NCBI GenBank assembly: GCA_963702895.1
Contig: OY969767.1
Location: 1,312,001 to 1,376,000 of the forward strand
Reading direction: 5' to 3'
DNA length: 64,000 nt
Source: an uncultured Elusimicrobia bacterium
Lineage (GTDB): Bacteria; Elusimicrobiota; Elusimicrobia; 2-01-FULL-59-12
In this document: positions 7,765 to 16,864 of the stretch, piece by piece
How the letters are laid out: every line of letters starts with the position of its first letter
How positions within the stretch are numbered: the stretch's first letter is position 1
Program-made: the position numbers and the translations under genes
The notes under the pieces: generated by a model
Database searches by the model: none
What the model was told of the DNA's origin: nothing
What the model saw: only the letters and a program-made list of their open reading frames with translations

Positions 7765-8323
7765 ATCGGCATCCTCCTTTCACGAGTTATTTTCGACGGA
7801 CGAATTCTATCGACAATATCCGATACGACCTGGTGATATCGATATCTTCTGATTGAGAATGATCCATCATGATTGGCTTACAAACTTTCCTCGAGTCTAA
7901 CAATCGAATATTACGATTGCGTTACGGGTGAGATATATTGTGTTGGAAGAGCAAGGACATCATCACATTCTCCACGTCTTTTAGGCTGGATTCTTATCTT
8001 TACCCGCGCCCGAAGAACCTGATCGTCATTTCACGGCTCTTTGAATCCCATGGATGATCGTTCTCAGTTGTTGGGAGGAAATCTCATTTCTGAGGGTTAA
8101 GGACGTACAGAGGCCATGAATTGCGTACGCGCGCAGGCGACTTAAGAAACGAATGACCTCGCGATATCCATCCGACTCTTAAAAGCTTGGCTCGCAACAT
8201 CTTCAAGTCCACGACTCCATCGATTCGACCGCAGGACACCAGGTATGTTCCTCTCATCCCTCATACGAAAGGGGTATTGCGCGTCCTATGAGCTCTAAGG
8301 AATCGGACATCGCTCATGGCTCG

Positions 8324-9208
8324 TCACCCCCCGCGGCGGCAGGAGGCACCGTCCGAAATGATCGTAATGGTCCCGAGGCGGTCTGTTCGGAGAGTTTGAT
8401 CCGCGAGAGAAGGATAGCGTTCCGGGCGCGAGTGGCTGTAAGCGTTGGGACCTACCGAGAGTCCGATCCAATCCACCTTCCGCATCATGCTTTCCCAGGC
8501 AGGATCGAGTTGGTCGCCGTGGTGCGGCCAGTTGGCAAAACAGAACTTCAAGCCGGCCGACTGCAAGCGTTCTTGCGCGCGTTCGATGACCCGGGCTTGG
8601 ACCGTGGGGGCCAGATCACCGCAGAGAAGCATCGCTGTTTTGCCGAAGCTCACCCAAAGCACAAGGTCATTTTCGTGCATCGATCCCTTGATTGATGGAG
8701 GATTGAGAACTTCCACCTCGATTCCCCCCGGACCAGACAGGCGCATGCCCTGGCGAACGACACGAACTTCTGTGCCGCGTTTTTGCAGGCGCTCGAGGGT
8801 CCGGGCGATGTCGGTCTGACCAGCTGCATCCCCACTCCAATAAAGCGTTTGGATAGGCGGTTTTCTCCAGTGGGCATATCCGCCGCTATGATCGGGATGC
8901 GCATGCGTCAAAAACGCCGCATCGATTCGCCTTACACCTAACTCGCGCATTTTCGACCGAATCTTCGGTAAAGCGTCTTTCGGGCCTGAATCAATGAGCG
9001 CAATCCATGAGTGACGCTCATCCTTTGACTGTAAGAGGAGGCAAGACCCGTAGCCCACATCGAGCATGTGAAGCGTGAGTTCCTGGGCTTGAGCCTGGGA
9101 CAGCAGCAGCGCTAAGGTTGACAGAACAATGAGCAGGGATGCCTTTCCCCTCTCCCGCCGAAGGTGGGAGAGGGCGGTGCCCGGCTTGTGGGCAAAGGGT
9201 GAGGGCAC
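8324..9208 (-). CDS. Secreted MBL-fold metallo-hydrolase (ComEC/Rec2 C-terminal type)
   Basis: LDVGYG, LIDSG, THAHPDHSGG, LLCGD, PHHG and RTDRLGTI motifs; signal peptide ending AQA; start uncertain (GTG 9208 chosen, frame open to 9433). Confidence 0.8.
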   Translation of the reverse strand: MPSPFAHKPGTALSHLRRERGKASLLIVLSTLALLLSQAQAQELTLHMLDVGYGSCLLLQSKDERHSWIALIDSGPKDALPKIRSKMRELGVRRIDAAFLTHAHPDHSGGYAHWRKPPIQTLYWSGDAAGQTDIARTLERLQKRGTEVRVVRQGMRLSGPGGIEVEVLNPPSIKGSMHENDLVLWVSFGKTAMLLCGDLAPTVQARVIERAQERLQSAGLKFCFANWPHHGDQLDPAWESMMRKVDWIGLSVGPNAYSHSRPERYPSLADQTLRTDRLGTITIISDGASCRRGG

Positions 9209-9371
9209 GGCCTTGCCCTCATCCCAACCTTCCCACTTACAACCGTGGGACCTGCGCCCCGACGGGTCGCCTGACGCGACCGTAGGGGCTGTCCCTCCAC
9301 CCGCAGGGTGGACGGGACGCTCTATAGGGAAATTGAGGAAGCGCGGGTCTCCCGACACGTTGGTCGGGAGA
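9148..9371. repeat. Cluster of REP-like palindromes
   Basis: CCCTCTCCC-gccgaaggt-GGGAGAGGG (9148-9174) with GGGTGAGGG (9197-9205); GTAGGGGC then hairpin 9291-9318; TCTCCCGAC-acgttg-GTCGGGAGA (9348-9371). Confidence 0.7.
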
Positions 9372-9480
9372 AGGGGTCCTGACAGCGCCCGCTGCGCGCT
9401 AAAGTGGTGAAGGCTAAGCATTGTTTGCGACAATAGGTCTCTATGATGATAGCCAATTCTCGCTCGGCGCGGTGTTGTCC

Positions 9481-10035
9481 ATGAAGAATCAACCCAAACC
9501 GACTCTTTGGCTGCCGCCGCTTGTTCTGACCCTCGTGATGTGGATGACAGTCGGCTACGTCCGCCCCATCACCGAGTGGCTGCGTGCGCGCGGGATCTTG
9601 GCGAACTCGATCTGGACAATCTTTGCCCTGATCGCCGCAGTCGTGATTTGGACATCATGGAAGAAGGGTCAGCCGAGCGGAACCGGCGGCGGAAACGACA
9701 CACTCCGATGCATCTTTCTTCTGGCAACGAGCGTGGCCACCTACATCGCCCTGATGCTGGTGATGGTTGTGGCACCGGAAGAGCGCTTCCACTTCATCCT
9801 GGTGGGTCTCGTGACGTACTTGTACTTTCGACTCTTTGAAGCGCTCTGGCCCACAACGTGGTTTGTTCCCTTCTTCGGTTTCCTAGCTGGCGCGCTGGTC
9901 GGCGGGATCGAAGAAGGCCTCCAAAAGTTCTATCCCTCACGCTTCTTTGACTGGCGGGATGTCGGGATCAATGTTCTGGCCGCGTTCATGGCAACGTTGT
10001 TGATCCACTCCTTGAAAGCACGGCGCCGCCGCTGA
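9481..10035 (+). CDS. VanZ-like membrane protein
   Basis: PEERFHF, GGIEEGLQ and RFFDWRDVGIN motifs; multiple TMs. Confidence 0.75.
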   Translation: MKNQPKPTLWLPPLVLTLVMWMTVGYVRPITEWLRARGILANSIWTIFALIAAVVIWTSWKKGQPSGTGGGNDTLRCIFLLATSVATYIALMLVMVVAPEERFHFILVGLVTYLYFRLFEALWPTTWFVPFFGFLAGALVGGIEEGLQKFYPSRFFDWRDVGINVLAAFMATLLIHSLKARRRR

Positions 10036-10046
10036 GGTCTCTTTCC

Positions 10047-10457
10047 TTACCACATCCTCATCAGTCCGATGAGCGCGACGATCGCCATCACGACCACCAT
10101 CAAAACCAACACCATATTTTCTGTAGAAATGGCTTTTCTTTTCTTTGGTGCTTGTTTGGGTTCTTCAGGTAGCGAGGCGTGTAGTGCTAAACGTTCGAGT
10201 TCGTCTTCAGAGACCTCGCTTTGCTTATACTCTTTGTCATGCATCGCAATGAGGTGCTTGGCTTCCTCAACTTGATCTTCAGGCACCACGACGCGAATTC
10301 CTCCTAAAGCGGGGGTGAGCCATGGATTGAGCCCGGCGAGATGCGAATCCCAGACCCTGGCATGCAGGCCCGCGCTGAAGAGTTTCAGCCGGACAGACTC
10401 CGCTTCCGAAACCGTTTGGGCTCTGTACACAACCTCCCAGCTCAAAGTCCGCTTCAT
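10047..10457 (-). CDS. DUF2007 family protein with C-terminal TM
   Basis: EAESVRLKLFSAGL..GGIRVVVPEDQVEEAKHLI pattern; hydrophobic C-terminus. Confidence 0.75.
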   Translation of the reverse strand: MKRTLSWEVVYRAQTVSEAESVRLKLFSAGLHARVWDSHLAGLNPWLTPALGGIRVVVPEDQVEEAKHLIAMHDKEYKQSEVSEDELERLALHASLPEEPKQAPKKRKAISTENMVLVLMVVVMAIVALIGLMRMW

Positions 10458-10515
10458 CTCAGAATTTCCTCATAGTCTCTACTGTACTTTAAGGACCCAT
10501 TTGAGGCAACAGCAC

Positions 10516-10544
10516 TTGTCTCTCGTACACTCGTATGGTATAGT
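10516..10544 (+). promoter_or_regulatory. lexA promoter, probably leaderless
   Basis: TTGTCT, 17 nt, extended -10 TGgTATAGT, 7 nt, ATG 10552; no SD. Confidence 0.65.
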
Positions 10545-10551
10545 CCGCCCT

Positions 10552-11178
10552 ATGAAGCCCCAGGAGAAGATCCTGAAGTTTATCCGGGAATTTATGGATG
10601 AACACCAGATGCCGCCCACGCTGCGGGAGATTCAGGAGCATATGGGCTTTGCCGCGATCGGCACGATCCAGTATCACATCAAGAATCTGGCCGACGCGGG
10701 GTTCTTGGAAGTAAAGCCCAAACTTTCGCGCGGGATTTCGCTCACGCAGCGGGCGATTGGAATTCCTATCATCGGGCGCGTTCCCGCGGGACCCGCGCAG
10801 CTCGCCTTTGAGCAGGTGGAAGGATATCTTTCCTCCATTCACGGGGAGAAGCAGTCGACCGGGGTCACGTCCCCCCCCACCCCACCGCCAACGGCCGATC
10901 CCCGGGCGCTCTTTGCTCTTCGCGTCAAAGGTGATTCCATGACCGGGGCAGGGATTTTAGACGGGGATCTCGTCATCGTAAAGCCCCAGAATTCCGCTAA
11001 ACATGGAGATATCGTTGTCGCCAGGACCAATCAAGAAGAAGCCACTGTGAAACGCCTCGTAAGAAAGCCAGGCATCATTCATCTCGCCCCTGAAAACGCG
11101 AAGTACAAGCCTATCCCGGTTGATGAGCAGACGGAGATCATCGGGAAAGTGATTCGGGTTGTGCGCCACTACAACTAA
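10552..11178 (+). CDS. lexA: SOS repressor LexA
   Basis: wHTH PPTLREI..HIKNL; Ala-Gly cleavage site GRVPAG; catalytic Ser (VKGDSM) and Lys (TVKR). Confidence 0.95.
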   Translation: MKPQEKILKFIREFMDEHQMPPTLREIQEHMGFAAIGTIQYHIKNLADAGFLEVKPKLSRGISLTQRAIGIPIIGRVPAGPAQLAFEQVEGYLSSIHGEKQSTGVTSPPTPPPTADPRALFALRVKGDSMTGAGILDGDLVIVKPQNSAKHGDIVVARTNQEEATVKRLVRKPGIIHLAPENAKYKPIPVDEQTEIIGKVIRVVRHYN

Positions 11179-11191
11179 CAACGAATTCCCC

Positions 11192-11756
11192 AACGACGGA
11201 GCTACCAAAAGGCGGAGCTACCGTAAGTCTGATCTACGAGTGGCGGGGAAATGCGGATTCAATGTAATTCCCACCCGAAACATCCTCTTCCACAATAACT
11301 GCGAATAAATATCGATAAATTTCATCTAAGGTATAGGAGGTAATTCCTATGTCTATGAAAGCAGGCCAATTATGGATCGTCAAGACCGCAGAAGAACTGA
11401 GTTGCAACATACGGAAATCTGTAATGTGCTGGGATAAACTAGACCGCTACACGATCGGCGTCCAACTGATACGTTCGGCGGACTCCATAGGGGCGAACAT
11501 TGTGGAAGGCTATGGTCGAGCTCATCGCTTAGATGGCTTGCGCTTCTATTCGATCGCTAGAGGATCTCTCGAGGAAACAATGTATTGGATTCGAAGGAGC
11601 AAAGAGTCTCATTTGATATCCGAGAGTCTTGGAAAGCAGTGGTTATCGCGGTACAAATTGCTATCTGTTTCAATCAATAGGTTCATCCAGACTAGCAGCT
11701 AAACCCGCCGTACGCAGATCCGCCGTCTGGTAGATCCGATGTCTGCTTGATCTGCC
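11192..11756. mobile_element. Inverted-repeat-bounded cassette carrying a four-helix-bundle gene (IVS-like)
   Basis: 11197-11219 matches the reverse complement of 11716-11738 at 19/23; 11231-11247 pairs imperfectly with 11704-11720; AT-rich interior; lies between convergent genes. Confidence 0.55.
11349..11702 (+). CDS. Four helix bundle protein (23S rRNA intervening-sequence protein family)
   Basis: QLIRSADSIGANIVEGYGR and IARGSLEET signatures; SD AGGAGG. Confidence 0.92.
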   Translation: MSMKAGQLWIVKTAEELSCNIRKSVMCWDKLDRYTIGVQLIRSADSIGANIVEGYGRAHRLDGLRFYSIARGSLEETMYWIRRSKESHLISESLGKQWLSRYKLLSVSINRFIQTSS

Positions 11757-13109
11757 TCAGGAATACTTCTTGAGGAGCATCGCGCCCCCTAATCCTCCGG
11801 CGGCGCAGGCGGTGGAAAGAGCGTAGCGGATTTCAGGCTTTTGTTTCATTTGGTAGAGAGCGTTCAAGACAATGCGCGTGCCGGTCGCGGCCAGGGGATG
11901 GCCGAGCGGGATGGAACCGCCGTTGGGATTGAGTTTTCCGTCTTTCCACTTGCTCTCCCAATGATGGCCATACTTTTCCCGCCCGACTTTAAAGATCGCT
12001 AAACAAGTCGCGGAGAACGCTTCATGGAGTTCAATCAGATCGATTTGGTCAAAGGTGATCCCCGCACGCTCGAGGGCGTTCGCCGTCGCGAAGACCGGAG
12101 CGATCCCCATATGAGCAGGGTCATTCCCCCAGTAACCCCAGTCGACGATTTCCGCCAGAATCTCAAGTCCCAGTTCTTTCGCGCGCTTCTCGGAAGCCAC
12201 AATCACCGCCGCGGCACCATCGGACCTCGCGCAGGAGTTGAAGAGTGTGACCGTCGCCTGGCTTTGGCCCTCGATGTATTTCTTACCCAGGATAAACTGA
12301 CCGTACATCTCATAGAACCGTTTGATCGAAAAGGATGGCCCATCAAAGAGAAGGGGAGCTTTGGAGAGCATCGCCGGTTTATTCACGAGGGCCTCGCGGA
12401 GATAAGGATACTCGTCCTTTTCGAGGTGGACTTCATCGTTTTCTTCGACAGGCGTGACGTGGGATTGATAGAAACCAGACTCTTCCGCCGCCAGGCACCG
12501 CTTGTACGTCTCGTAGGCGTAGGCGTCCTGGGCCCCGCGCTCAATCGAGTACATCTGCGCGCAGACTTCGGCGGTGGCCGCCATATTGAGGTTCCGAACA
12601 GGGTCGTTGAGACCTTCCTCGATGCAATCCACAAGCGAAATCTCCTTGTTCGTTAAAAGACTCGCCCAGTTGGCGCGAACGGCCTCCAGAGAGCGAAGCT
12701 CTTTGACGCTCCGATCGCCGCGAATGGCGTAAGGGAAGGAAGACATGGATTCCGTCCCCCCCGCGATGTAGATATCTCCCTCCCCCATGACGATATGACG
12801 CGCCGCCGAAGAGATCGCCTCTAGGCCAGAGATACAGTTTGCTTGAACCGTTACAGCATGGGCTTTTTCAGGCAGATGTGAAAGGAGTACAGCAATCCTG
12901 GCGATGTTGGGAGCATGGCTTCCCTGGCCGACCCAACCCGCCATGACACCGTCCACCGCGTGAGGATAAAGGGTTGTTTTGGCCAAGAGCGCATTGATCG
13001 TGAGCATCAAAAGATGCTCTGGGGAAATGCCCGAGAGGCTCTTGTTAAAGTGCCCGATCGGGGTCCTGATCCCGCCGCAGAGAACGACTTTGGTGTCTCT
13101 CACTTTCAT
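11757..13109 (-). CDS. Thiolase (acetyl-CoA C-acyltransferase)
   Basis: IRTPIG, catalytic Cys QANCISG, AGGTESMS, DGAAAV, HEAF, GHPLAATG and CAAGG; SD GAGGAG before ATG 13109. Confidence 0.9.
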   Translation of the reverse strand: MKVRDTKVVLCGGIRTPIGHFNKSLSGISPEHLLMLTINALLAKTTLYPHAVDGVMAGWVGQGSHAPNIARIAVLLSHLPEKAHAVTVQANCISGLEAISSAARHIVMGEGDIYIAGGTESMSSFPYAIRGDRSVKELRSLEAVRANWASLLTNKEISLVDCIEEGLNDPVRNLNMAATAEVCAQMYSIERGAQDAYAYETYKRCLAAEESGFYQSHVTPVEENDEVHLEKDEYPYLREALVNKPAMLSKAPLLFDGPSFSIKRFYEMYGQFILGKKYIEGQSQATVTLFNSCARSDGAAAVIVASEKRAKELGLEILAEIVDWGYWGNDPAHMGIAPVFATANALERAGITFDQIDLIELHEAFSATCLAIFKVGREKYGHHWESKWKDGKLNPNGGSIPLGHPLAATGTRIVLNALYQMKQKPEIRYALSTACAAGGLGGAMLLKKYS

Positions 13110-13151
13110 TCCAGACTCCTCTTTGCAGGCCAACACGGCCCCGTCATGAGT

Positions 13152-14840
13152 TCAGTGCGTCTCTTGAGGAAGCCGATGATGGACAAGCTCCAGTGCGTAA
13201 GATTGTACTTGTTGGTCGAGGACGTCCTGCGACCAGCCCAGGTGCCTGCCCATGAGCTGGGCAATGCGTGAGATCACAGGTTCCGGCAAATCCCGGTAAT
13301 GGGCCCATTTCGTCCTGCGCCAGAGCAGGTCGTTGAGTGTGAGCGTCATCTCTTCGTAAACCGAATAGGGCACCTGGGCCATGATCCAGGGTTCCCCAGG
13401 GACGACCTCTTCGCTGTAATGCTCCTCGCGCTGGGTCCATTGGAGCACTTCCACATAACGTGTTCCGTACATCGAAACAAGATAATGAAGCAGAGCCTCC
13501 GAATGGGGACCCAGTTTAAAGCGTTTGGCCGCGTCTTCCGCGAAGCGTTTAAAGTCCCATAAGTCCCCCCCCGGCAGCGAGTCCCACGTGACGGCCGGAA
13601 GTCCGGCCCCTTTGCGAAGACGGTACCACGCGGCCACGGCCGCTTCATGACCCGCGGCCCGACCTGCTGTGAGCTTGACTCCCGGAATGGACCAGAAATT
13701 CGGCAGGTCTTGGGTCAGCTTGTGCTCGCGTGAAGCGTAAATCGTCGATCCTGTGTGACGAAGAAGGGGCCTAATCCCCCAATAGATGTCCCGCACATGC
13801 ACACGTTTGTAATTTTCAATAGCCTCCGCGAGGTTGTGGCCTTGCTTCAGGTAGGGAAAATAATAGAAGAGCTGATGCAGAAGTTCGGCGATGTCATGGG
13901 CATCGGCCTGGGCCTGACCGGCATCGCCCGCGATCGCCGTGTCGGTGGTGCCGACGAGCGTCCTTTCGCCATCGATCGGGATCACAAAAAACGCTTTGCC
14001 CTTCGCAGAGGAAGCCATGATCAGCGGAGCATGCACCAGATGGTCCACCACCAGGTGCACGCCTTTACTCATCTGAACCAGGTTGTCTTTGAGACCCGCT
14101 TCACGCCGCACTTGATCAATCCAGGCGCCCGTGGCATTGATCACGAGCGGCACGGTGCACTTGAAATCTTTCCCGCCCAGGAGGTCTTTCCCAAGTACGA
14201 CATTCGGGAGGTTTCCGCTGGCCTTCACCGAGGAAATCTCGCAATGCGTCAAGACGCGGGCGCCGTGCTGCGCCGCTTGCTGGGCATAGCCGAGGGTAAA
14301 GCGCGCGTCCTGAAGCTTGGCGTCAACAAAGTACTCGAGCCCCCCGAGAAGGCCCTCCATCCGGATGCCAGGAATGCGGGCTTTGACCTCATCAGCAGAA
14401 AGCCGCCGGTGCCTTCGGACCAGGGGTCGTTTGGTCACGAGGGCGTCCGCCCAACCCAAAGCATCATAGATCCAGGTGCCGAGGCGCACGACCCAGAACC
14501 GATAAGGGTCTGTTTGATAGACCGGAAGGATAAAGTTGAAGGGGTGCACCCACTGTGGAGCGAGCTCTTGCAGGCGGTAGCGCTCGCGTCCTTCATGGAA
14601 GACGTAGCCGATGCGTCCCTGGGCCAGATACCTCAAGCCTGCGTGCGCAAGACCGGTGGAATTGCCGCTCGCGCCATAGGCAAGGTCCTCTTTTTCGACG
14701 AGCAAGACGTTCAGACCCAGGCGCGCGGCATGAGCAGCCGTGCTGCAACCGGTCATGCCCCCGCCTATCACAAGAACTTCAGGTGCGGTTGATGACAGGG
14801 AGGCAAGCGCCTCCTCACGATCCTTCCAGCTAAAGGACAT
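13152..14840 (-). CDS. glpD: FAD-dependent glycerol-3-phosphate dehydrogenase/oxidase family protein
   Basis: VIGGGMTG, HAGLRYL, DARF, INATGAW, KGVHLV, GTTD, GIRPL and LLWRRT motifs. Confidence 0.8.
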   Translation of the reverse strand: MSFSWKDREEALASLSSTAPEVLVIGGGMTGCSTAAHAARLGLNVLLVEKEDLAYGASGNSTGLAHAGLRYLAQGRIGYVFHEGRERYRLQELAPQWVHPFNFILPVYQTDPYRFWVVRLGTWIYDALGWADALVTKRPLVRRHRRLSADEVKARIPGIRMEGLLGGLEYFVDAKLQDARFTLGYAQQAAQHGARVLTHCEISSVKASGNLPNVVLGKDLLGGKDFKCTVPLVINATGAWIDQVRREAGLKDNLVQMSKGVHLVVDHLVHAPLIMASSAKGKAFFVIPIDGERTLVGTTDTAIAGDAGQAQADAHDIAELLHQLFYYFPYLKQGHNLAEAIENYKRVHVRDIYWGIRPLLRHTGSTIYASREHKLTQDLPNFWSIPGVKLTAGRAAGHEAAVAAWYRLRKGAGLPAVTWDSLPGGDLWDFKRFAEDAAKRFKLGPHSEALLHYLVSMYGTRYVEVLQWTQREEHYSEEVVPGEPWIMAQVPYSVYEEMTLTLNDLLWRRTKWAHYRDLPEPVISRIAQLMGRHLGWSQDVLDQQVQSYALELVHHRLPQETH

Positions 14841-15739
14841 TAGGCACGAGGATGATACTTTCGGTGAGCTTCCTGCAGATGGGACTGGCTCACGTGCGTA
14901 TAGATTTGCGTTGTCGCGATCGAGGCATGTCCCAACATCTCCTGCACAGCCCGAAGATCCGCACCGTTCTGGACGAGATGCGAAGCAAACGAGTGCCGCA
15001 GGGTGTGCGGTGTGACGGGTTTATGAATTCCTGCGTGGAGGGCCGCCTGCCGGATCAAGCGCCAGAATTGCACCGTGCTCATCGGCCGCTTGCGGTCGGA
15101 AACAAAGAGACTTTTGACAGAGGCTGGCGTCGACGGACGCTTTTCAAGGTAGCCACGAACCGCAAGGCGCGCGCGTTCGCCAATGGGGACGACGCGTTCC
15201 TTCCCCCCTTTGCCGTAAACCCTCACGCATCCCACCTGGAGATCGATCGCGTCCAGTCGCATTTGGGTGAGTTCGCTCACGCGAAGTCCCGCCGCATACA
15301 TGAGCTCGAGCATCGCACGGAGTCGGATAGACCTGTCCTTGGAGAGGCCCACGCCGGTGAAAAGCCGTGAGATTTCCGGAACCGTCAGATACCGCGGGAG
15401 ACGCTCGGCTATTCTGGGACCACGAAGCAGAAGTGAGGGGTCCTGGGTGATGAGTTCTTCGCGAAAGAGAAAGCGATAGAAAGTCCTCAGGCTGGCCATG
15501 TAGCGGGCGATCGATGAAGCTTGAATGCCGTTCGATTTTCTCGACCAGAGGTATTCCGTCAAGTCCTCTCGGAGCACGGTGAGCGGATCTTTGGAATGCT
15601 CGGCGAGATACCGAAGATAGGTCAAAAGATCAATCCGGTAATTGATCAGAGTCTTCGGGGAAACATCTCGTTCCACGCGAAGGTGCTGAAGAAAAGACTC
15701 GAGCAGCTCGGAGCTTTTCTTTGGCACCTCAGCGCTCAC
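14840..15739 (-). CDS. xerD: Site-specific tyrosine recombinase XerD-like
   Basis: LELMYAAGLRVSEL, GKGGKERVVP, HTLRHSFASH and LGHASIATTQIYTH; start uncertain (GTG 15739; ORF extends to 15769). Confidence 0.85.
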   Translation of the reverse strand: MSAEVPKKSSELLESFLQHLRVERDVSPKTLINYRIDLLTYLRYLAEHSKDPLTVLREDLTEYLWSRKSNGIQASSIARYMASLRTFYRFLFREELITQDPSLLLRGPRIAERLPRYLTVPEISRLFTGVGLSKDRSIRLRAMLELMYAAGLRVSELTQMRLDAIDLQVGCVRVYGKGGKERVVPIGERARLAVRGYLEKRPSTPASVKSLFVSDRKRPMSTVQFWRLIRQAALHAGIHKPVTPHTLRHSFASHLVQNGADLRAVQEMLGHASIATTQIYTHVSQSHLQEAHRKYHPRA

Positions 15740-15749
15740 GCGCGCTGAC

Positions 15750-16802
15750 TCAGGAGCGTTTCGCGGCAACGGCGTCCTTCAATTCAGTTTTCGCTGGCAA
15801 GCTCGTCTCGGGGCTGAAATATTTTTTACGTATCTCAGATTCCAGCCGATCGGCCGCTTCGGGGTGCTCTTTGAAGTAGGCGCGGGCATTGTCACGTCCT
15901 TGCCCGATGCGCTCGTCCTTCCAGAGGTACCACGAACCCGTCTTTTCCAGGATCGCGGCCTCGACACCAGCGTCGACGAGGCACCCTTCGCGCGAGACGC
16001 CTTCCCCATAGTACATCTCAAACTCTGCCTGCCGGAAAGGAGGCGCCATCTTATTCTTCACGACTTTGACCCGTATGCGGCTGCCCACCACAACATCGCC
16101 GGACTTCACGGCTTCGATACGACGAATATCGAGCCTCAGTGAAGAATAAAACTTGAGCGCCAAGCCGCCGGGCGTGGTTTCAGGATTGCCAAACATGACG
16201 CCAATCTTGTGCCGAAGCTGGTTGATGAAGACGAGCGTCGTTTTGGATTTCGACAGTGTCCCGGTGAGCTTTCGCAGGGCCTGAGACATGAGTCGGGCCT
16301 GCATGCCCATCTGCTGATCGCCCATTTCCCCTTCGATTTCAGAGCGGGGCACAAGGGCCGCGACCGAATCGATGACGATGATATCGACGGCACCGGAGCG
16401 GATGAGCGTCTCGGTGATCTCCAGCGCCTGCTCGCCAGAATCGGGCTGAGAGATGAGAAGGTTATCGATATCAACCCCGAGGCGTTTGGCATAGGCCGGG
16501 TCCATGGCATGTTCCGCGTCAATAAAGGCCGCGACGCCACCCTGTTTTTGGGCGTTGGCGACCATATGGAGCGTGAGCGTCGTTTTGCCTGACGATTCCG
16601 GGCCATAAATCTCGACGACTCGACCACGGGGGACGCCGCCAATCCCAATCGCGATATCCAAAGGAAGCGCGCCTGTGGGGATGGCCTCAATTTGCACTTT
16701 GGTTGATTTATCACCCAGTTTCATGATCGCTTCCTTCCCAAAGTCCTTCTCGATCTGAATGAGTGCGAGCTCTAAAGCCTTCATACGTTCATCTTTTGCC
16801 AT
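15750..16802 (-). CDS. recA: Recombinase RecA
   Basis: [31 protein letters not shown] and GNPETT; SD AAGGAG. Confidence 0.99.
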   Translation of the reverse strand: MAKDERMKALELALIQIEKDFGKEAIMKLGDKSTKVQIEAIPTGALPLDIAIGIGGVPRGRVVEIYGPESSGKTTLTLHMVANAQKQGGVAAFIDAEHAMDPAYAKRLGVDIDNLLISQPDSGEQALEITETLIRSGAVDIIVIDSVAALVPRSEIEGEMGDQQMGMQARLMSQALRKLTGTLSKSKTTLVFINQLRHKIGVMFGNPETTPGGLALKFYSSLRLDIRRIEAVKSGDVVVGSRIRVKVVKNKMAPPFRQAEFEMYYGEGVSREGCLVDAGVEAAILEKTGSWYLWKDERIGQGRDNARAYFKEHPEAADRLESEIRKKYFSPETSLPAKTELKDAVAAKRS

Positions 16803-16864
16803 GGGTGGCTCCTTTTAGAATGATGTGACCCCCTACTCCTTAGATGCAAAATCGCGAATTTTAT

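Noticed and set aside
7652..7852. 66-aa plus-strand ORF in the ORF track
   Set aside because: TTG start, no SD, and antisense to the better supported 43-aa peptide gene
8084..8257. 57-codon minus-strand ORF upstream of the RiPP precursor
   Set aside because: No convincing SD spacing or motifs, and no similarity to the precursor
10315..10551. N-terminal extensions in the ORF track for lexA (also infB, truB, rbfA, nuoH, nuoN, LRR and CsgG-like genes)
   Set aside because: They overlap neighbouring genes; internal starts with SD, promoter or stop/start coupling fit family lengths better
11349..11702. Four-helix bundle as the Avd of a diversity-generating retroelement
   Set aside because: No reverse transcriptase in the window; the only long direct repeat (ettA tails) differs at synonymous sites, not specifically at adenines
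14840..15769. Tyrosine recombinase as a prophage or island integrase
   Set aside because: Size and motifs match housekeeping XerD; no phage genes or att repeats adjacent
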